Below are positions 55,827 to 64,000 of a DNA stretch of 64,000 bases, piece by piece. The DNA is taken from assembly GCF_964188315.1 (NCBI RefSeq), contig NC_135656.1, positions 42,532,001 to 42,596,000 on the forward strand. The letters run 5' to 3'. Under the pieces are notes generated by a model. That model ran no database searches and was not told the DNA's origin. It worked only from the letters and a program-made list of their open reading frames with translations. This DNA comes from Podarcis muralis. Its lineage: Eukaryota. A program made the position numbers and the translations under genes. The number at the start of each line of letters is the position of its first letter. Positions within the stretch are counted from its first letter, which is position 1.

Positions 55827-58800
55827 TTAGGACTTCAGTGGAGCTTGCTCAGTCAGATTGCGCACTTCTTCCAGGAACTGCTTGGGAGTCAGGATGTGGG
55901 ATGAGCCTGTGTAGCAGAGAAGAAAAGTTGGAAGGGCAACCTTAGAGGAGTCCATCACAGATCACATGTGTGTGATATGATTCTGCAGATCACACTGAGC
56001 AAACAGGCCCACATGTTAAGAAGCTGCTGCGCTCTGCCAGCACCTAGCTCATCATTACTTGCTAGCTCCCACATGACAGACTTCTGGACAGGAATGCTGC
56101 CGCTGCTCTATATCTCAATCTACAACTGGTTTCTCCAGCCAAGGTGTGAAGAAGAATGTAGCAAACAACCTTTCCAGGTCCAGGCCAACAGTCGGGAGCA
56201 GATTTTACCCGAAGAGCTTCAGGACACATGAGTGATACTCAACAAATCCATGTAGTGAAAGTTAGCAATATATAGGTTGGCATCAAAAAGCGGCTGCCAG
56301 AAGCAGCCACACCTGCCAGGGCAACCCCTCTCTAGCGAAGAACTTTATCTTAAGCCAGAAATAATTCATTTCTAGAAGCATTACATCTCCCCATTGCATC
56401 AATAATGTTAATAATAATGATGATGATGTTTATATGTATACTACTTTTAACCCCGAAGCCCCCATTGCTAGAAGAGCGCGTTGTCAAGTTCCAGAAAACC
56501 CGTCTGAATTTGCTTTCTGCTCTGTGTGTTCCAATATATGTCGCAAGGAACACCAGGAAAATTCCTGAATCATTTACTTGCCTATGAATGGTTTCCAGCC
56601 TAAAGAGTGACCTGTGCCCTGGACATGCCCCTCACCAGCACACTTACCAATTAGCACCTCCCACTTTCCATCCGTGGCATCAGTAACTTCATAGGCACAG
56701 CGCATTTCCGACATGGTAACTCCCCCAAGTACAAACAGGATGAGGCGGGGTCCTGTCCGGTACTCGGTGGCTGTCTTGGTCTTGTGCCAATGACCAAAGC
56801 GAGCACTGAGGGGGAAAAGATGTTATGTGGGTATAGGGCACCAGCTGCAAGAAGACTGTCAAGTTAAGTACATGCCAGCTAGCAAAGCACAGTTTTTCTC
56901 TCTATGCTGGGCCTGCTGCTCCCGGAAAGGATGGCTCCTGCACAGTCTCAGCCCAGGGAACAAGCAACATATTGCTATGTGAGTTAGAGTTAAGAATGAG
57001 AAAAGGAAAGGGCTTCTACAAAAAATAAAATAAAATGAATCAAACACAGCAGGACAGGGAAACATAACACACATGGAGTTTTATTTGGAGAAAAGAAGCA
57101 CTAGCAGTTTCAGATGCAGTTCTCTTGTTCTTTGTGTTGTATTAGGTCCTGTATCATACTTGGGCATCATAGAACTACGAGGTTTGATGTGACTCATCAC
57201 AGCGCTATGAGGTTTGGCACCACAAAATAGTGCCTGTTCGATCTCTTTCATCTTGCAACCACCACCCAATCCTGCTGCACAAACACTCGTGTATAGGGAT
57301 TATCCCTCTCTCTTACTCCTCCCTGCAGCCCCTCCAGACAAATTTAGGCACCATCACCCCCTTCTTTGCCTTTGCCTGGAGAAGAATAATCCCTACTGCC
57401 TACTCTGCAGCTGTAGAATTCTCATATTGTGCCTTATAAAGGAAGAGATCTTGTCCACCAATAAGCCTCAGGAAGATAAACACGCACACACTTTTTAAAA
57501 GGCTTTTCCTTGGTTCATTTCTCACTTAGTTTAAGATTTATTTATGGCCTTTTGTTCCCATATAAAGGGGGGGGGGGGACTTGAAATAAACTTTTGGGAT
57601 GTAGATGCAAGCCCTGGAACCGTGTGTTTGTGGAGACCTGGGAAGCGGGTGGGATAGAGAAAGGAGGCATCACAAAATACTTCCACTTTTCCTCACCTCA
57701 CAGCAGCTTGTGAAGAGGGGCCCGGGGCTGGGCAAGACACATAAGGCCACAACTTCTTGTCCAGCTTGTCCTCGATGACGTCCTGTGAAAACATGAACAA
57801 AGAAGAAAAGATCTTTCTTTCTTCTCGTTCTGCTGGAAATAATAAGCTGCAGGGCTCATTCCACTGTTCAACTTGACTATTTATTTGGGGTGGGAGTTGG
57901 CTTGTTAACAGGCCAAAGAATAAAGGTGAATTATTCAGCACCCCTGAGGAAAACAACAAGGGTTGATTTCCACCAGGCAGTTACCACAACGTTGGTCAAC
58001 ATTACAGAAGATGTGGCATAACACCACAGAAAATGGCACAGGGCAGATAATATAAGGCATGCTGAACTATCACCACTTATTTGCCCAACTCATTTGCTAC
58101 TCCAAAATCCCTCCTCTGTGGCAGAAATACTATCAAAATCCTTTCCCCCATCCCTCTAAGCATTACTCACAACCAAACCACTCCAGCAGCTCAGAGGCAC
58201 ATGGGCCTGGGCTATACAACAACACGGGAATGCTTCATAATGAGGACTTTCAGATTAATCCTTTGTTGACTTTTTATGGTGGGAGCTTAATGTTTTGTGC
58301 AGCCCAGCTCACAGAGCTACGTGGAATTGGCTGGGGTGAGAGCAGGCGAAAGGCTCCTTTGATTGGATTTAACTATCAGATTGAAGCTGGATCAATGGGC
58401 AGTACCAAGATGAATCGTCAGGGTAATAGCAACCTTGTCAGCCAAGGGCAGCCTGGCCCAAGCAAAGGAATGCAAGCCACGCCCACCCGCACCCCATGGC
58501 CTGCATGATTCAGAGTGACCGCAGCAAAAATTGGTCACAGGACAAACACATACAGGAGCCCCCAAAACAAAAATGTTAGGCTGGACACATTCTCAGACCA
58601 GAAGTGGGGAAGGAATGGGAGACGGCAAGGACCTAGCACACTGTAAACGTGTTACTCATGGTAGTCACAAGGAAGGGCAAAACAGGTCCAGGTGACTAAT
58701 ATGGAGAGACTGCACCATAGGCCCTGCCTTAGAATGCTTTCAGTTTGTACTACTCTTTTGTGGGGGGAATCAAGTGAACCCCACCAAAATGGGCAGCTAT

Positions 58801-61800
58801 TTTGATGCTCTAGAGGGACCAAACAGGATATGCAAGCCATCTGCATAATTGGCTCCCAGTCTGAGGAGACAGAAGGGGAAAAGAAAGGAACAGATACCTG
58901 CCTTTCCCAGGGTACACTCCATGTTCCTGGATGTGCACTGTAGTGCCCAACTGGGAGCATGAAACTGTTTGAAATGTTGAAGGGTATCCATGCTGGGCTG
59001 GCCTTGATTTTTTGCCCTGTGCTCTACATCTTGATAGCCTCACCTCCGAAGGGGCCTCTCTTATACAACTGCTCTGCTTCCAAAGGGAGATGCTCTCTGC
59101 AGTGAAGTCCCCCAGGACTTCTGAGGCAGGTGGCATAAAGAAACCCTCTTCTTTCCTGTAGCATTTGCGACCTTCCCCACCCCAGCCTGACCCGTGTCTG
59201 TGTACCTCCATGACATCCTTAAGAAAAGGAATCCACCGGGAGAGCTGGTAGGTAGGCTCCAGTCGCACTTTCCTTATAGGTTTCATGTGTGCACCAATGT
59301 CCTGTGAGGTGAGGAATCAGTGAAACAAAATAAATTAAAGTTGAAAGTCAGCTGCACTGGAGGAGGGGAGTGGAAAGAGATTCAGGAATGAGCAACTGCT
59401 TACCAAACAGGCGCCAGCTGGTTTGGCCAAAGAGACAGGCAAAGAGGCAAAAGAGAAAAACAACAAAGCAGAATGAGATAGATGGACAGACAGACAGACA
59501 GACAGACAGACAGATGGAAGGGCTTCCCTCCCTCAGGAGAGCCGCCTTATCAGGAAACCCAGAAGTTACTTCCTGAAAGACCAAGAATTGCCTTGACTCT
59601 CAAAGAACACCGGCAACAGCAGAAGCACAACCTGACCCAGCCATAACAGCTTAGGCCAGCCTTCAACTGGTGCTTTCCAGATGTTGCCGCCTACCACTCC
59701 CATCATCCAGATGGGCTGGCACCGATGGAATCTGGAGTCCAACAACATCTAGAAGGCACCACATTGGCAAGCCCTCCTCTAAGGGCACCAGGTTGGGGGA
59801 AGCTGGTCCAGCCGTAAGCCACCTGCACAGAGATTGCAACAAAGAATGGGACTGAGATACCTCTGGCATGATGGCGGCCCCCAGGCAGTGCATGTTGTAG
59901 AGGATGTCCCTGTCCTGCTGTATGTTGGCATGCTGGATGAGCTTGGTGAGGTTCTCCTCGTTGATGCCTATGCAGAGAGAATGCGGCTCAGAAAAACAGC
60001 ACTCCAGGATGCTAGACGCGGCCCTCAGGGTCATGCCAGCACCTGCCCCAAGCAGCTGTACATAAGATATATGTACCCACCCACTTGTGCTGCTGGATGC
60101 TGAGAAAGAGCCCCAACAATAGTCCCATGAACCCATGCCTCAGTTTTTCTCAAGGCAACAGTGGCAAAACTCAAACCATGTCTTGGGAGGAAAGCCCTAG
60201 GTCTCTGCGGACGACGCAAGGGAGGAGGAGAAGAAGTGGACAAGGGAGTACCGTTCTGGAGGAGGATGCAGAGCAGGATGATGCGGATCTTATCCAATGC
60301 GGCCACATTGGTGTCCAGGACAATCGGCACAATGGTCTTCATAGGGTTTTTGATTTTCTCTCCATCAACGTCTGTACCTGTGGCTAAGTCCTGGAGACAG
60401 GGAAGACATCCATCAATCCCCTTCTGCTTGGCTGCTCTCATGGAGCCATCTCCCAAGATCACAGGACAACATTACTCAAGAAAGCAAGGGGAGATTGTCC
60501 ATTGCATCTGTCCATGGCCTGAGCTCTGAGTGAGCGAAGTTGGAGGGGAGGTAAGGCTATCCAACCCCTCCTGCATTGCTCCAGACTCTTTAACATGCTC
60601 ACCTGCTCCACGCCGCACAACCTCTCCACTGTGCCCTTGAAGGAATTCATGCAGTCCTCTGCCAGGTGCAGATGTGTGGAATACTGCAGGGTGAAGGAGG
60701 TGGGGAACGGAGGGAGGGGTAGGACAATGATTACTTCCTCAGCCAACCAGTCTTCTCCTTGCCTCACAGTGAAACCTCAATGGGCAAGCAGCAATCTCTG
60801 GGGCCTCCTTTACTGACAGAACACCTCTTATGTAAGCAAAGGCTTCTAGCTTTTAGGTTCTATTTAGTTTCATGTTTGTTTTAATGTTTGCATTATACTG
60901 TAAGTCGCTTTGAGTCCACTTTTTGTTTTTAAAAGTGACCAGTAAGAACAATAAGCAAACCAATAAATATAAAAATACTGCTCTTCTAAAAGAACAAGCA
61001 GCATATCTGTAAGGTGCTGATTTTGAACTCTGAAGCCTCAAGCAAGCATCTTAGGTATTCTTAAGGACTGTCGCCTTCCATGTGAGGCTGCCATGCTTTG
61101 GTCTTCTGGGGAGGCCCTGCTCCATGTTGGCCCTGCTCTCTCCTAGCCTTCCAAAGCCAGGTAGAAGCAATTAAAAACAATTTGGAAATGTACTGAAATA
61201 CTTCTGGTATTTTAATTCCTGCTAACTGCTGCTGAATGGTTTCTGGTTTTTTTTAAATTTGTTTGTTACTTCCATGAGAGGCAGGTGCTCTGAGAGTTGA
61301 AAGGTGGTGTGGTGGTGGTGAGAATAGACTATTCAAAGCAAACTGACAGTCCTGGTGCCTTGCATCTGTTACCTTGTGCAGTTCTTTCTGGTACTGGGGC
61401 ATCTTCTTCAGGATCTGAGACAGGTCTTTAATGTTGGCCTAGAAAGGGAAATGGAGGGACCAGCAATGCCAAGATCAGATGCCATCAGAGATATGGACCA
61501 AAAACAACAACATTAAGAAAATCTGCAGGCTGGGGGATCCCAACTCATTCAACTCTTACCGAACCCCACGTACCCTGGAGCTTCCAGCCAGCAACACTTG
61601 AGATCTCCATGAAAGTGAACATGGAAACTTCAAGTGGTGGGGAGTTTCAGCTAAGCATCTCCAGCCTTGGTAAGTTGCTGGATGGGACACTGCCAGGAAG
61701 CCTCTCCGAACTCCCCAGGGGAAGAACGGCTAGAAGAGTAACACATAGGCATCAGACTAGCAGCCTCACCTTGTCTGTGGTAAGTCTCTTGCTCTCACAG

Positions 61801-62788
61801 AAGGTCCGCAGGAGCTCAGTCACTTTCCTGTGGAAGAAAGTCACATTCATGGCCTGCTCTGGAATGGGCTCTCTGAAGAGCTACAGCCAAACAGAGGGCA
61901 AGCAGAAGGGCCATAGCTCAGGGGTAGGGCATCTGCTTCACATGCAGAAGGTCCCAAGGTCAATCCCCAACATGACAGGACTGGGGCAGACTGCCACGTG
62001 AAACCCTGGAGAGCTGCTGCCAATCAGTGTAGACAACAGAGCTAGAGAGACCCAATAATCTGATTCAGTATAAGGCAGCTACCTTTGTTCCTAACAACTC
62101 GCAGAGATCTGACTCTCAGCCTCTGCAATAAACAGCAGTGCTCCATGCAGGCTGCAAAAGTCAGAGCTCCCCACAGCAGAAGGGATGTTAATATCAGGGG
62201 CAGCAGCAGTGCCGGTGTAGGAAGACTGTATTTGCTATTACCACCTGATTCAGTCTGGCTGTAGACATAAGTTGTAACCCAAGTGGACCTGGGAAGTGAG
62301 GCAACAGCTATCAAAATAATTGATTCAGACACATCTGGGATGGGTTACTTCCAGCAACCAGGAAGCAGAGCGCGTATGTGTGTCTGCGCGCAAACACAAA
62401 CAAGTTCTCACTTGGAGACGTCGGCAATGTGCATATGGCGCAGATCCACCCACAGGTCATCGTCCTCATCCAGCAGTACCACTTTTTCTCGTGAGTCGCT
62501 GATGCCTGTGGATTCATACCTGGCAGGGTTGAGGAAAGGCAAGAGGGGAAAAAGGCTTTGGTAAGACACACATGGCTGCTACCTGAGCAAAGAGGCATTC
62601 TCCCCCTCCAGGGATTTCTACCTTTGCGTTCTTGCCACCACCACCACTGGACCTCACCTATATGTATCGTTCTCAATGGTGAGCAGGTCATAGGCCATGG
62701 CCTGCAAGGTGAGCTCATGGAGAAGCGGAGATACAAGGTCACAGCTGCGGTCTACAATCAAAAGCTGAGAGCGAGATTTGTCAGGACC
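55827..62788 (-). CDS. STXBP2: STXBP2 (Munc18-2), 3' part: last 11 coding exons, 369 aa; 5' exons lie outside the window
   Basis: Exons 62788-62658, 62519-62412, 61827-61770, 61438-61373, 60683-60603, 60390-60252, 59967-59861, 59301-59206, 57782-57697, 56805-56648, 55906-55827 (stop TAA). 1110 nt in phase. [48 protein letters not shown] identifies Munc18-2 rather than STXBP1. I found no further exon in 62789-64000. Confidence 0.96.
59485..59514. repeat. (GACA)n microsatellite
   Basis: Direct reading. Confidence 0.9.
61905..62094 (+). mobile_element. tRNA-Ala-like SINE (Squam3-like) in an STXBP2 intron
   Basis: Best-preserved copy: head GGGCCATAGCTCAGGGGTAGGGCATCTGCTTCACATGCAGAAGGTCCC, end CAGTATAAGGCAGCTACCTTTGTTCCTAA. 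Confidence 0.8.
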
Positions 62789-64000
62789 CTGAGAAGAGTG
62801 GAAGAGGGAAGGTGAGGAGAGAGATTAGCTGCCATTTGAGGCCAGCACCAAGCAGCCCAGAAGGAAAGGCTGTGTGCTCCAGTTCCCTGGGCCTCGCGCC
62901 TCCTCCCTCCACCCCCCCCCCATAAACCTGCCTGCTGCACTAGCTACCAGTTGCGTGCAACCTCTCCAGCAAGCTCAGGGCAGAGGGCATGGTCAGAAAT
63001 GCAATTATTAAAATGTACCAAATCCCTTCCCAATTGGCAGTGCTCAATCCCATTAGTGCAGAGATGACTCAAAACATGTCAGGCTGTGCAGGCTGTAAAG
63101 GAAAGAAGCCGTCACTGTGAACCACAGACCTACCTGTTATCTGGGGTAGAAATTCTGCCTCTGGTGCTCTTTTACAAAAGTTATTTAGGGTTTGCTTGGA
63201 CAACAGGGACTGCCTATAAATCCTTTCACAGATATCTACTAGAAGTCAGCTTGGATGAGGCCAAATTTGCAAGTTAAAAAAGGAGACACTGCATTCCAAA
63301 GCATTTAGGCTGCCTTGGCGACAGGAAAAAATATCTCTATGAATGCAGCGGCAACAGCAGCTTGGGGGCTAAACACAAACTATCCAAAATTGCAGCCCAA
63401 GCCAGGCTTTCAAATCCCAGCACTAAGTCTCATTTCCCAGCAATGTTCAAGCCTAGTCAGAATGAGCACAGGAATGTGTCTTTACACATTTGTGCAGTAC
63501 ATTCCTATGCCAGGAGGCGGCCACACAAACACACAGCAGTGTCCTATAGATGCTCTTTTCAGATGAATCAAAAAACACTGCAGACAAGGAAGATGACAGA
63601 GAGCAAGGGTAGCCCACGTTGTGCTCCCCAGGTGTTGTTGGACTGTAGGTCCCAACATCGCTGCCCACTGGCTGGACCTGATAAGAGTTGGCAGTCCAAT
63701 AACACCTGAAAGGCACCCCCTGGGTTAAAGGCACTTGCAGTACCTTTGCTGTGGTCACACCTCCTTCAGAAGCCACTGTCAAGGCTACCCTCAGTCTTCC
63801 CAAAACGGGAGAACTATTGCTGATCGTGGGCAGTACCTCTTGTTCCCTGCCCAGTGAGATAATTATTGTTTGAGGGCAAAGCTGCTTCAAAGCAAATTGT
63901 TCCCTGCAACTAGCACTGCAGTAACACATCCTTTGGGCTGGAGGTGGTGGCGCCATCAATGTCATGGGAACATAATGGATGATTTCTGTGACATCAGCTG

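Noticed and set aside
63270-63340. Possible next STXBP2 exon (LNA-like codons near 63320)
   Set aside because: No matching frame or splice sites. The upstream exons lie outside the window.

Overview
Vertebrate genomic DNA from a squamate, probably a lacertid lizard (inferred from Sauria-type SINEs, BovB, CR1/L2 and hAT MITEs). It is syntenic with the human 19p13.2 block. By hand-splicing GT-AG exons I recover five genes: the last 25 codons of CAMSAP3 (+); complete XAB2 (-, 19 coding exons, 852 aa); complete PET100 (+, 4 exons, 74 aa), head-to-head with XAB2 on a ~270-bp promoter; a probably complete PCP2/L7 (-, 4 exons, 201 aa, spread over 22 kb); and the last 11 coding exons of STXBP2 (-; its 5' part lies beyond the window). 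The rest is intronic or intergenic DNA rich in TE remnants and microsatellites. Most ORF-track entries are exon read-throughs or noise. I found no CRISPR, rRNA, true tRNA gene or intact autonomous TE, and no new multi-gene system I can support. Best leads: (1) a third, degenerate GoLoco-like motif in the PCP2 last exon; (2) a chain of unexplained, well-bounded exon-like segments between STXBP2 and PCP2 (long PCP2 isoform or an orphan gene); (3) STXBP2 inverted relative to the mammalian arrangement; (4) a solo LTR nested in an L2 element; (5) SINEs with different tRNA heads on one CR1 tail. All comparisons with human proteins, exon sizes, gene order and repeat consensus sequences are from memory, not from database searches.
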